Source: an uncultured Rhizobiaceae group bacterium
GTDB taxonomy: Bacteria; Pseudomonadota; Alphaproteobacteria; Rhizobiales; Rhizobiaceae
Reading direction: 5' to 3'
Assembly: GCA_937951645.1 (NCBI GenBank)
Contig: CALFBM010000051.1
Coordinates: 1-57,276 of the forward strand
DNA length: 57,276 nucleotides
Positions 8,527 through 17,571 of the stretch are shown piece by piece. How positions within the stretch are numbered: position 1 is the first letter of the stretch; the number at the start of each line of letters is the position of its first letter. The translations under genes and the position numbers were made by a program. The notes beneath the pieces are model-generated. The model worked only from the letters and a program-made list of their open reading frames with translations. It did not search any database and had not been told where the DNA came from.

Positions 8527-9174
8527 TTAAGCGCCAAACAGAATACCAGTGTCACCTGTTTTCCATTGCGGATATTTTGACATAATCGACTTAAAGCGTT
8601 CACTCTCCAAAAAACTTTCCAACCAAACAATCACATTTGGCCAGTCTTGCGACCAGAACCACTCTTTATCAACATGAGCAAATTGTCTGATGAAGGGCAA
8701 GATTGCAGCATCAGCAAATGAAAACTTATCGCCAAACAAATATGCCTGATCTTCAAGCATTTTATTCAAGGCCTGAATAAATTCGGCACCTTGCGCACGC
8801 TCTTTTGATGTATCAACCGTATCATCACGATTGCCATATTTATAGGAATCCAGTGCAGTCTTAAATGGGCCATCGCTTGCATCAACGAGCGCATTCATCC
8901 TGGATAAATCATCATCGGAAAATGCTTTCCATCCTTGATGACCAGATTTGGATAAAACCCAATCCATGATATCGCGGCTTTCATCTATAATTGTGCCGTC
9001 TTGCAAGACCAAGACGGGCACAGTTCCCTTTGGACTTGCCTCCAGCATTTCTGCAGGTTTTTCTCTGAGAACAACTTCACGCAATTCCACTATCGTAGAA
9101 GTAGCGGCGATTGCTAAACGTGCCCGCATTGCGTAAGGGCATCTTCTAAATGAATAAAGAATCGGTTGGTTCAT
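8527..9174 (-). CDS. Glutathione S-transferase family protein
   Basis: Thioredoxin-like N-terminus with CPYA active-site motif (LYSFRRCPYAMRARL), TVPVL...ESRDI, and a helical C-terminal domain. Confidence 0.7.
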   Translation of the reverse strand: MNQPILYSFRRCPYAMRARLAIAATSTIVELREVVLREKPAEMLEASPKGTVPVLVLQDGTIIDESRDIMDWVLSKSGHQGWKAFSDDDLSRMNALVDASDGPFKTALDSYKYGNRDDTVDTSKERAQGAEFIQALNKMLEDQAYLFGDKFSFADAAILPFIRQFAHVDKEWFWSQDWPNVIVWLESFLESERFKSIMSKYPQWKTGDTGILFGA

Positions 9175-9348
9175 TACAGTTCAAAATTAATTGGTTAATG
9201 AGATATTAATTTATTTGACAAAAATAAAAATAACAAATTTGTCACTCAGAATCAAAAAGGTTAACTTCACTACATAAGGTGATTCGCAAAATAGATAATA
9301 GCGGCAATCTATTAAACTTTAATTTCACATGGACCAACGGGGGATCCG

Positions 9349-10722
9349 ATGAACAAAGCACTAAAAGTTGCTGATATTGAAGATAGCAGTATTGAGCTGC
9401 ATACCAATAACGACGCCAAATCAAGTAACATAACAAGCATAGACGCAGAAGCAATTCGAGCAAAGATAAAAGCGGCTCGTCTTGAAAAATTAATGGCAAG
9501 GCAACTTGAAAATGAGTTATCAATAGAACTCGATACCGAAATTGAGTCACCAGAACCTAATATTAATTCTGTACAGACCGAAGAAGTCTCACTATCAAGG
9601 GCAAAAATGCCCATTGAACTTGAAATACCGACTTCAAAGGCACGTGGTTATTCTGTAGGCAGCTCAAAGCGCATGCGTAATATCCAGTCAACAAGGCATT
9701 CATGTGATGAAATGGTTTCACGCATTAGATCGGGCTCTGATATTCTTTCAGGTCTTAACGAGCAAACAACAAATCTTGTAAAGCAACTTCAATTCATGGA
9801 GCAAGAATTTGTCCGTTTTGAAGAAGCAGAAACAATAGCCACAAAACTTGCATCAGATCATAAACGGGTGACAGGCGAGTACGAAGAAGCCTTAAACCTG
9901 ATTGAAAAACAAAACAGACAATTAGACGTATTAGAAACTCAGCGCGTTAACAGTAATGCTAATTACGAAAGTACAAAAATTGAGTTAGAGAAACTGCAAA
10001 GACAACATCAACGAGAAGCAGAGCTATTTGCTGAAAGTCAAATCGTCAACGCTGAACTTGAGCAAGATAATTATTGTTTAAAAAGTAAATTAGAGGCAGC
10101 CGAGGCGTCTTTTGCAAATACAACTTTGGATTTGCAAACAACAAACAATGCACTTAAGCAAAAAGACATGGAAGCCGCAAAAGCGCACGCGGAACTAATT
10201 TCTACGAAAGAACGTCTTACAAATGCAGAAATTAGCTTAGACGCAACAAGTCAGGAACTTGAAATCTTGTCTCAGGATTTTACAGACAAGGAAATTGAAC
10301 TTCAAAATACCCAGTCACAACTATCTGCTTCTACTGAAAAGCTTTTGGCTATTGATGCAAACCTTGCTCATGCAACAAAAGAGTTGGAAAGCTTAACAAC
10401 TGAAGCACATGATAAAGACATGATGTGTGCAAAACTTACATCCGACTACTCTTCTTTGATCAAGTCAAATTCAAAGGTAATGGCAGATTTTGATAACATC
10501 CAAAAGAAATATGATGAGTTGAACAAACACGCTCTTGAGCAACAAAGCCAACAATATGCACGTATTCATGAACTTGAAAGTACACTACGCGATACAAGAC
10601 GCAAACTGGAGTTGAAAGAAAAATCCAACGCTGAATTGAGTGTGGAACTTGAAGCAACTAACAACTTGCTGGTTCTGCATGAAGAAATGGTTGCAGCGCT
10701 TTCACCAGAGGATCGCCGTTAA
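9349..10722 (+). CDS. Coiled-coil-rich protein (457 aa): acidic low-complexity head plus about 330-aa heptad rod
   Basis: There is no TM helix or signal peptide. Residues about 130-450 are continuous E/K/Q/L-rich heptad-like sequence. GGGGA RBS lies 6 nt upstream of the ATG. Confidence 0.6.
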   Translation: MNKALKVADIEDSSIELHTNNDAKSSNITSIDAEAIRAKIKAARLEKLMARQLENELSIELDTEIESPEPNINSVQTEEVSLSRAKMPIELEIPTSKARGYSVGSSKRMRNIQSTRHSCDEMVSRIRSGSDILSGLNEQTTNLVKQLQFMEQEFVRFEEAETIATKLASDHKRVTGEYEEALNLIEKQNRQLDVLETQRVNSNANYESTKIELEKLQRQHQREAELFAESQIVNAELEQDNYCLKSKLEAAEASFANTTLDLQTTNNALKQKDMEAAKAHAELISTKERLTNAEISLDATSQELEILSQDFTDKEIELQNTQSQLSASTEKLLAIDANLAHATKELESLTTEAHDKDMMCAKLTSDYSSLIKSNSKVMADFDNIQKKYDELNKHALEQQSQQYARIHELESTLRDTRRKLELKEKSNAELSVELEATNNLLVLHEEMVAALSPEDRR

Positions 10723-10813
10723 TTTAAAAACCAGCTGTAAAAGACTCGACTTAATCTGACAGACCATCGCCAACAAAACGTATAACTGTCAGATCAAATC
10801 TGAACTTCTACAA

Positions 10814-11812
10814 CTAATGACTGTTTTCATGCGGTACGTTCTGATTGGAACGTGCCGCATGTTCTTTATGTGCTTCTCTTTTTTTAAGCTTTTGTTTGTC
10901 TTGATCAGCGGCAATATGTTTCTCACCGCGTAATTTTGCCAATTCCATCTGCTTTTGACGTTCAATAAACCGCTGTCTTTGTTGTGTTGACTGCTTGTCG
11001 TAACATCTTGGGCACGACACACCTTTTGCATAGAGCTCAGAGGTTTTGTCTTGATCTGTAATGGGATGGCGGCATGCATGACACAAATCATAAGGTCCCT
11101 TTTCCAGGCCATGCCCTACACTCACTCTCTGATCAAATACAAAACACTCCCCCTTCCAAAGGCTTTCTTCCTCAGGAACAGTTTCAAGATATTTTAATAT
11201 ACCGCCCCTAAGATGAAATACATCTTCATAGCCTTGTGCTTTCATATATGAAGTGGATTTCTCACACCTAATACCGCCAGTGCAGAACATGGCAATCTTC
11301 TTGCCTTTCAACAGATTATCCTGTCCCTCAACCCACTTAGGCAATTCACGAAAGCTGGTAGTTTCCGGATCAACTGCATCTTTAAAAGTTCCTATCGCTA
11401 CTTCGTAATCATTGCGGGTATCAATCACCACTACATCAGGATCATTGATAAAATCATTCCAGTTTTCAGGCTCGATATAATCACCAACAGTCTTTGTGGG
11501 ACTAATGCCTTCAACACCCAATGTAACAATTTCTTTTTTAAGCCTGACCTTCATACGATAAAACGGGTTCTCGTCTGACCAACTTTCCTTATGCTCAAGA
11601 TCAAAAATTCGTGGATCACTCTTAATAAAGTCAAGAAGCGCCCGAACACCTTTTTCAGGCCCGGATACAGTACCATTAATACCCTCATCAGCTAATAATA
11701 TTGTACCCATCACTTCATTTGAAATGGCATGTTGCTGTATACCTTGCTGCAATTCTTTAAAATCAGGCAAGGCAACAAACTTGTAAAAAGCGGCGACCAT
11801 AAATAAAGACAA
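10814..11812 (-). CDS. trhO: Rhodanese-domain tRNA uridine(34) hydroxylase (UPF0176/YceA)
   Basis: N-terminus [11 protein letters not shown]. Rhodanese active-site loop [12 protein letters not shown]-terminal CHACRHP...CPRC zinc-finger-like tail. The start is either TTG 11812 or ATG 11800. Confidence 0.85.
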   Translation of the reverse strand: MSLFMVAAFYKFVALPDFKELQQGIQQHAISNEVMGTILLADEGINGTVSGPEKGVRALLDFIKSDPRIFDLEHKESWSDENPFYRMKVRLKKEIVTLGVEGISPTKTVGDYIEPENWNDFINDPDVVVIDTRNDYEVAIGTFKDAVDPETTSFRELPKWVEGQDNLLKGKKIAMFCTGGIRCEKSTSYMKAQGYEDVFHLRGGILKYLETVPEEESLWKGECFVFDQRVSVGHGLEKGPYDLCHACRHPITDQDKTSELYAKGVSCPRCYDKQSTQQRQRFIERQKQMELAKLRGEKHIAADQDKQKLKKREAHKEHAARSNQNVPHENSH

Positions 11813-11849
11813 TTGGGAAAACCTTTAAATTGAACGGAAGCCATTTCAT

Positions 11850-11880
11850 AAAAAAAAATGCTGACGAATGCCAGCATTTT
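11850..11880 (-). terminator. Strong (bidirectional) rho-independent terminator after the 437-aa coiled-coil gene
   Basis: AAAATGCTG (11855-11863) pairs with CAGCATTTT (11872-11880). Read on the minus strand, the stem is followed by T9. Confidence 0.75.
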
Positions 11881-11906
11881 CTAAATCTCTGAATAAATAA
11901 AAAACC

Positions 11907-13220
11907 TTAAGCAGATTTTTTCCTGCCGGACTTAAGACGAACAATCTTGTTCTCTTCAGTTGCTTCAAGCAATTTTTCTTGCCTAATCACCAGTTTGTTA
12001 TACTTGGCTTCAATAGAATTAAGCGAAATCAACCGCTCAGAGAGTTGTTTGTTCTCAGTGGTTAACCGATCAATGATGAGGGAAAACTCTACATTCTCAG
12101 CCATCGCCTGCTCTTTACTGTCAATCAAACTTGAAATTCGCAATTCAAGCTCTGAGATACGACCAACAGAGGCAAACAGTTTCTCACGATCCGAATTATG
12201 AGAAGTTTTGATCTGATCCATTTGTTGTTTGGCAGAGCGCAAACGGTCATCCTCATCAGACAGAGCTTTCATCAGGTCTCTATTTTCTTCCTTGAATTGT
12301 TCAACCGTCTGCTCATTAACACGAGAATGCGCATCCAATGCCTCGGTCTTTGATTCAAGCGCATAAATACGATCATCCTTGGCTCGCATTTGTTCTTTAA
12401 AGTGTTTTGAACGAGCTGTTAAATCATTCGTCGCAATTTCAAGCTTAGTCTCAAGGTCAATCTTCTCGCGCGAGATCTCCTTTAGTTTAATCTTAACATC
12501 ATTGAGAGTGGATGTTAATTGCTCACGTCTGGTGTTTTCAATTTCCAGAAAACGGCGAGCTTCTTCAAGTTCGCGTTCATATTCAGCAATCTCATGGGCT
12601 TTTACAGAAATATCCTCTGAATTTTCCTTTATGACATTACGCATGTCATCATTTTCAGCTTCAAGTTTTTGAATGCTCTCATTAACATTGGCAAGCTCGA
12701 ATGAGTTTTCATTCATGCGTGAACGCAAATCGTCATTTTGACCATTAAGTAATTCAATACGCTTTATATTTTGGCTCAACTCAACATGAGCTTGTTGCAA
12801 AGCCTCGCGGGTTTCTTCTGTTCTGGCCTTGAGTGATTCAATCATTGAAGACTTGTTATCAATATCTGCTTGTGCCGCTTCCAATCGCTGGTTTGATAGT
12901 TGAAGCTCTTCTCTCAATTCTTCATTTTCACCAACCAAACGGGCATTTTTTGTAATGTCCTGCTCTGCAGTGCGCAAAAGATCATGGACACTTGCCAGAC
13001 TGGATTCTGAGCGGGAAGAAGAAGATTTTGCTTGGTTAATTGATGTTTCAAAATCGGAAACAACTGACTGAATTTTCTTGAGCTTTTCAAGTTTTGCAAG
13101 CATTTCAGGGGAAAGTTGCTGCTGAACCTCAATAGAATTATTATCAACGTTGTCAGACAAATTATCATCAAATGGTATATTTGGAGATTGTTTTTTGGAT
13201 GAGAATATATCGAGAAACAT
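11907..13220 (-). CDS. Coiled-coil-rich protein (437 aa): Ser/Asn-rich head plus long heptad rod
   Basis: There is no TM helix or signal peptide. Residues about 80-420 are E/K/R/L/N-rich heptad-like sequence with a basic tail (RLKSGRKKSA). It has its own terminator. Confidence 0.6.
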   Translation of the reverse strand: MFLDIFSSKKQSPNIPFDDNLSDNVDNNSIEVQQQLSPEMLAKLEKLKKIQSVVSDFETSINQAKSSSSRSESSLASVHDLLRTAEQDITKNARLVGENEELREELQLSNQRLEAAQADIDNKSSMIESLKARTEETREALQQAHVELSQNIKRIELLNGQNDDLRSRMNENSFELANVNESIQKLEAENDDMRNVIKENSEDISVKAHEIAEYERELEEARRFLEIENTRREQLTSTLNDVKIKLKEISREKIDLETKLEIATNDLTARSKHFKEQMRAKDDRIYALESKTEALDAHSRVNEQTVEQFKEENRDLMKALSDEDDRLRSAKQQMDQIKTSHNSDREKLFASVGRISELELRISSLIDSKEQAMAENVEFSLIIDRLTTENKQLSERLISLNSIEAKYNKLVIRQEKLLEATEENKIVRLKSGRKKSA

Positions 13221-13428
13221 GAGGCAGCCTTCACTAGATTAAATACTAAACAATTTTTAACTAGCCCCATGTGGCCACATTCAAAAATATAGGCTTCCAA
13301 AAGTCTACATACTTAAGGTTGCAATTAACTATTTATTAACGTTTGAACACTGTTTGTATCAATAAGCTATTCAATGCACTAGCAAGTTAATTATTGCCTT
13401 TTTGACCGCACTGGGTAATTCTTCTGGC

Positions 13429-13893
13429 ATGAACATTACTCTTGATGAAATAGATCTAAAAATACTCCGCATTTTGCAAAAATCTGCTGACATGAACATT
13501 AATGACATCGGTATAAAAGTAGGGTTAAGCCATACACCTTGTTGGCGCCGCATTCGCAAGATGCAGGATAATGGAATTATAAAATCGCAAAATTGTCATC
13601 TGGATGCTGAAAAAGTTGGACTGGATGTTTCAATTTTTGTCTTCGTCAGGCTAGACATACATTCCGCTGAAGTTTTAGATGAATTTGAAGCCTCAACGCA
13701 ATCAATTCCTGAAATCATGCAATGTTATACGATGAGCGGAGAATTTGATTATTTGCTGCGTATCGTTGTTGCCAGCGTCCGTGAGTACGAAAAAACAATC
13801 AAGGGCAAGCTTTTAAAGCTACCACATGTAGGTGTTATGAATTCTCATTTTGCCCTAAGCGAGATCAAGAACACTTCAGCATTGCCAATTTAG
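13429..13893 (+). CDS. Lrp/AsnC family transcriptional regulator
   Basis: LDEIDLKILRILQKSADMNINDIGIKVGLSHTPCWRRI is an HTH_AsnC motif, followed by an RAM/ACT-like C-terminal domain. I prefer the ATG at 13429 to TTG 13402. Confidence 0.85.
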   Translation: MNITLDEIDLKILRILQKSADMNINDIGIKVGLSHTPCWRRIRKMQDNGIIKSQNCHLDAEKVGLDVSIFVFVRLDIHSAEVLDEFEASTQSIPEIMQCYTMSGEFDYLLRIVVASVREYEKTIKGKLLKLPHVGVMNSHFALSEIKNTSALPI

Positions 13894-14024
13894 ATTATTT
13901 TCCTAATATTTAATTATTATTAGCCTGAAAATCTATTTACCTACAATATTACCATTAAATTTGAACTGTAATTTCTCTTGTGATGCGCCATACTAATAAT
14001 GGGAAGATTCATTTGGAGAGCTCC

Positions 14025-17000
14025 ATGGGAGAAAACAAACCAGCCGCCAAGAGTTTTGCAGCAAAAAACATCTCTCTTGAAGATAAATACACCGCCACTG
14101 AAGGCAAGGTATTCATGAATGGCACACAAGCGCTTGTTCGTTTACCCATCGTACAAATGAGGCGCGACCGTGAAGCAGGTTTAAAAACTGGCGGCTTCAT
14201 TTCTGGTTATCGCGGCTCTCCGATTGGAGCATATGATTTTGCACTCCAGCAAGCTCAAAAGCATCTGGATAAAGAAGGTATTGTTTTCCAGCCAGGTACC
14301 AACGAAGACTTGGCTGCAACTGCCGTTTGGGGAACACAACAAATAGACACCACACCTGGCTCAACCGTCGACGGGGTCAGCGCCTATTGGTATGGCAAAG
14401 GCCCAGGCGTTGATCGTTCAGCTGATGTCATGAAACACGCCAACTCTGCTGGCACATCAAAATATGGTGGAGTCCTGGCATTTGCAGGCGATGATCACAC
14501 AGCAAAATCATCTACCATTGCACACCAATCAGATCATGCTTTCATGGCAGCTATAATGCCAATGCTATTTCCTTCCAGTGTACAAGAGTTTGTTGAGCTT
14601 GGCCTGTTGGGTACGGCGATGTCGCGTTATGCAGGAACATGGGTCGGCTACAAGGTTATCTCTGACACCATTGAAACAACAGGCGTTGTCGATCTTGCCG
14701 GAGAGCGCAAAAAATTCATACTACCAACGGATTTTGAAATGCCGGAAAGCGGCTTAAATCTGCGCTGGCCTGATGGTATTTTGGAGCAGGACGAACGCCT
14801 GCAAGAACATAAAGCTTATGCAGCAGTGGCCTTTGCACGTGCAAACAACGTTGACCAAATTATTCTTGACAGCAAGAAACCACGCTTTGGGATTGTTGCA
14901 TCAGGCAAAGCCTACGAAAATGTCCGCGAAGCGCTTCGCCAGCTTGGCATTGATGAAAAGACCGCAGACAAAATCGGCCTAAGACTTTATAAAGTTCGTA
15001 TGCCTTGGCCATTGGAACCAGAAGGCATACGTAATTTTGCAGATGGTCTTGAAGAAGTACTGGTCATAGAAGAACGTCGCGAGATTATAGAAAACCAAAT
15101 CAAGCAACAACTGTTCAACTGGCGCGCGGATGTGCGCCCTCGCATTGTTGGCAAGTTTGATGATAAAGACCAGCACATCCTGAAGCTTAATGAAGAAATG
15201 ACCGCAGGCGTAGCAGTGCGTGCGATCGCCAGCAGATTACTGACCTTTGATCTTCCTGAAGGCATGGCAAGCAGGCTCAAGCAAAAACTCGCCTACTATG
15301 AGGAACGTGCAAGTATCAAGAAAAACCATGAGGCTCCTGTTACCCGAACAGCACATTTTTGCTCAGGTTGTCCGCATAACACATCCACTAAGGTACCTGA
15401 CGGGAGTCGTGCAATGGCAGGCATTGGCTGCCATTTCATGTCTGTATGGATGGACAGAAAAACTGAAACCTTCAGCCATATGGGTGGCGAAGGCGCAAGC
15501 TGGAACGGATTAAATCACTTCACTACCGAAGACCACGTTTTTGCCAATCTTGGAGATGGAACTTATTTCCATTCAGGCTATATGGCAATCAGGGCAGCAG
15601 TCGCTGCGGGCACCAACATCACGTATAAAATTCTGTTTAACGATGCTGTTGCCATGACGGGTGGACAAACCCATGATGGGCAAATTGATCCACCAACCAT
15701 TTCAAAACAGATACAAGCAGAGGGCGTAAAAGAGGTTTGGTTGATATCCAATGAACCTGAACGCTATTCAAGTTCGATGCTTGCGACAGGCACACAAGTT
15801 CGCCATCGTGACCACATCGAGGAAGTTCAAAAACACCTGCGTACGGTAAAAGGTTGTACTGCAATCATATATGATCAAACCTGCGCAGCCGAACTTAGAA
15901 GACGCCGCAAGCGTGGGCTTGCACCAGATCCTGACAAGCGGGTATTCATTAATCCGCTTGTATGTGAAGGCTGTGGCGATTGTTCTGTTCAGTCCAATTG
16001 TATTTCCATTGAACCACTGGAAACAGAATTTGGCCGCAAGCGTAAAATCAATCAATCATCATGCAACAAGGATTTTTCCTGTATTGAAGGCTTTTGTCCG
16101 TCTTTTGTAACTGTTAAAGGCGGGACACTTAAAAAGCCTGAATTGCCAGAGCTTGACGCCTCATCCCTACCATCTCCCAAAACGCCTAAACTCGATGATG
16201 TTTATAACATAGCAATTACAGGTGTTGGTGGAACAGGTGTTTTAACCATTGGTGCTATTTTAGGCATGGCAGCTCATATTCAGGGCAAGGCAGCACTCAT
16301 GCTGGATATTGCAGGTCTTGCTCAAAAAGGTGGCGCAGTTCTTTCCCATGTTCGCCTGGCACCAACGCCTGATCTGGTAACTGCACCTCAAATTGTGACA
16401 GGTGAAGCTGACCTGCTTCTTGCAGCTGACACGGTTGTGGCTTCTGCACAAAGTTCAATAGCACTCTTCAGCCCTGAAAACACCAATGCGATTCTCAATA
16501 CACATTTAAACCCTGTCTCAAATTTCATCTTCGACCGTGATTATGATTTCCGCGAAGAAGGCATCATAGACAATATTCGCCAACATGTTCGTAAAGATAT
16601 TACGCAAGTAGACTTTACAAAACTTGCAGAAAGCGTCTGCGGAGATTCAATTGCAACCAACATCATGATGATTGGTTACGCTTGCCAAAAAGGCCTGATA
16701 CCGCTTCCCCCTGAAACGATAGAACGCGCTATTGAACTAAACGCAGTTGCCGTTACAGCAAATAAACGGGCTTTCAACTGGGGAAGAAAGTTCGCAAATA
16801 ACCCAAGTGAGATTGAAACCATTCTTGATAAGTTGCGTCCGGTTTCAAAAGAACCAGACACGCTTGAAGAAATCATCAACAAACGTGCGGATTTCCTGGA
16901 AGACTATCAAGATACAAAATACGCACAAAGCTACCGTAATTTTGTTTCAAAGGTAGAAATGGCCGAAAGCAAACTGGGTAAATCTCGCGAGCTAACCAAT

Positions 17001-17540
17001 GCAGTTGCCAGGAACCTATTCAAACTAATGTCCTACAAAGACGAATATGAAGTCGCCCGCCTTTACACAAATGGCGAGTTTGCGAAGCAAATTTCGGATG
17101 TTTTCGATGGTGACATCAAACTTAATTATCACTTGGCTCCTCCAATCATTGGCTTTGGCAAAAAACCAAATGGCAGACCTCGCAAGCGTAGCTTTGGCCC
17201 ATGGATGATGAAGGGTTTTAAAACACTTGCCAGATACAAGCATTTACGAGGAACCAAACTTGATGTTTTTGGTTATTCATCCGAGCGAAAAATGGAACGC
17301 AGCCTGATAGAAGACTACAAGCAAACCATCACAGGACTTCTCACCAAGCTGGATGAAAACAACAGACATTTCGCCAGCGCAATTGCCAGAATACCTGATG
17401 ACATTCGTGGCTTTGGCCCTGTTAAGGAAGAAGCATTGAAGAAGGCTAAAACAAAACAGAAGAACTTACTTCAGCAATTTGAAAAACCGCTAACGCAAAA
17501 CAAATCAGGCAGGACAACCAAAGCCGAACCTGCCGAGTAA
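14025..17540 (+). CDS. Indolepyruvate:ferredoxin oxidoreductase family protein (fused alpha/beta)
   Basis: Size about 1170 aa. N-terminus SLEDKYTATEGKVFMNGTQALVRLP. TPP-type region GDGTYFHSG. Ferredoxin-like CEGCGDC cluster. The ATG at 14025 has a GGAGAG RBS. Confidence 0.85.
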   Translation: MGENKPAAKSFAAKNISLEDKYTATEGKVFMNGTQALVRLPIVQMRRDREAGLKTGGFISGYRGSPIGAYDFALQQAQKHLDKEGIVFQPGTNEDLAATAVWGTQQIDTTPGSTVDGVSAYWYGKGPGVDRSADVMKHANSAGTSKYGGVLAFAGDDHTAKSSTIAHQSDHAFMAAIMPMLFPSSVQEFVELGLLGTAMSRYAGTWVGYKVISDTIETTGVVDLAGERKKFILPTDFEMPESGLNLRWPDGILEQDERLQEHKAYAAVAFARANNVDQIILDSKKPRFGIVASGKAYENVREALRQLGIDEKTADKIGLRLYKVRMPWPLEPEGIRNFADGLEEVLVIEERREIIENQIKQQLFNWRADVRPRIVGKFDDKDQHILKLNEEMTAGVAVRAIASRLLTFDLPEGMASRLKQKLAYYEERASIKKNHEAPVTRTAHFCSGCPHNTSTKVPDGSRAMAGIGCHFMSVWMDRKTETFSHMGGEGASWNGLNHFTTEDHVFANLGDGTYFHSGYMAIRAAVAAGTNITYKILFNDAVAMTGGQTHDGQIDPPTISKQIQAEGVKEVWLISNEPERYSSSMLATGTQVRHRDHIEEVQKHLRTVKGCTAIIYDQTCAAELRRRRKRGLAPDPDKRVFINPLVCEGCGDCSVQSNCISIEPLETEFGRKRKINQSSCNKDFSCIEGFCPSFVTVKGGTLKKPELPELDASSLPSPKTPKLDDVYNIAITGVGGTGVLTIGAILGMAAHIQGKAALMLDIAGLAQKGGAVLSHVRLAPTPDLVTAPQIVTGEADLLLAADTVVASAQSSIALFSPENTNAILNTHLNPVSNFIFDRDYDFREEGIIDNIRQHVRKDITQVDFTKLAESVCGDSIATNIMMIGYACQKGLIPLPPETIERAIELNAVAVTANKRAFNWGRKFANNPSEIETILDKLRPVSKEPDTLEEIINKRADFLEDYQDTKYAQSYRNFVSKVEMAESKLGKSRELTNAVARNLFKLMSYKDEYEVARLYTNGEFAKQISDVFDGDIKLNYHLAPPIIGFGKKPNGRPRKRSFGPWMMKGFKTLARYKHLRGTKLDVFGYSSERKMERSLIEDYKQTITGLLTKLDENNRHFASAIARIPDDIRGFGPVKEEALKKAKTKQKNLLQQFEKPLTQNKSGRTTKAEPAE

Positions 17541-17571
17541 GTGACCGCCAGACTATAGTCTGACCTAGGGA

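Noticed and set aside
13980-14024. GTG-initiated 15-codon extension of the oxidoreductase gene
   Set aside because: The ATG at 14025 has a GGAGAG RBS at proper spacing, and the conserved family N-terminus begins after it.
17549-17562. The 14-nt perfect palindrome CAGACTATAGTCTG between the convergent oxidoreductase and RTX genes, as a bidirectional terminator
   Set aside because: The stem is short and AT-rich with no loop allowance and no flanking U-tracts. It may still pause transcription, but it does not qualify as an intrinsic terminator.
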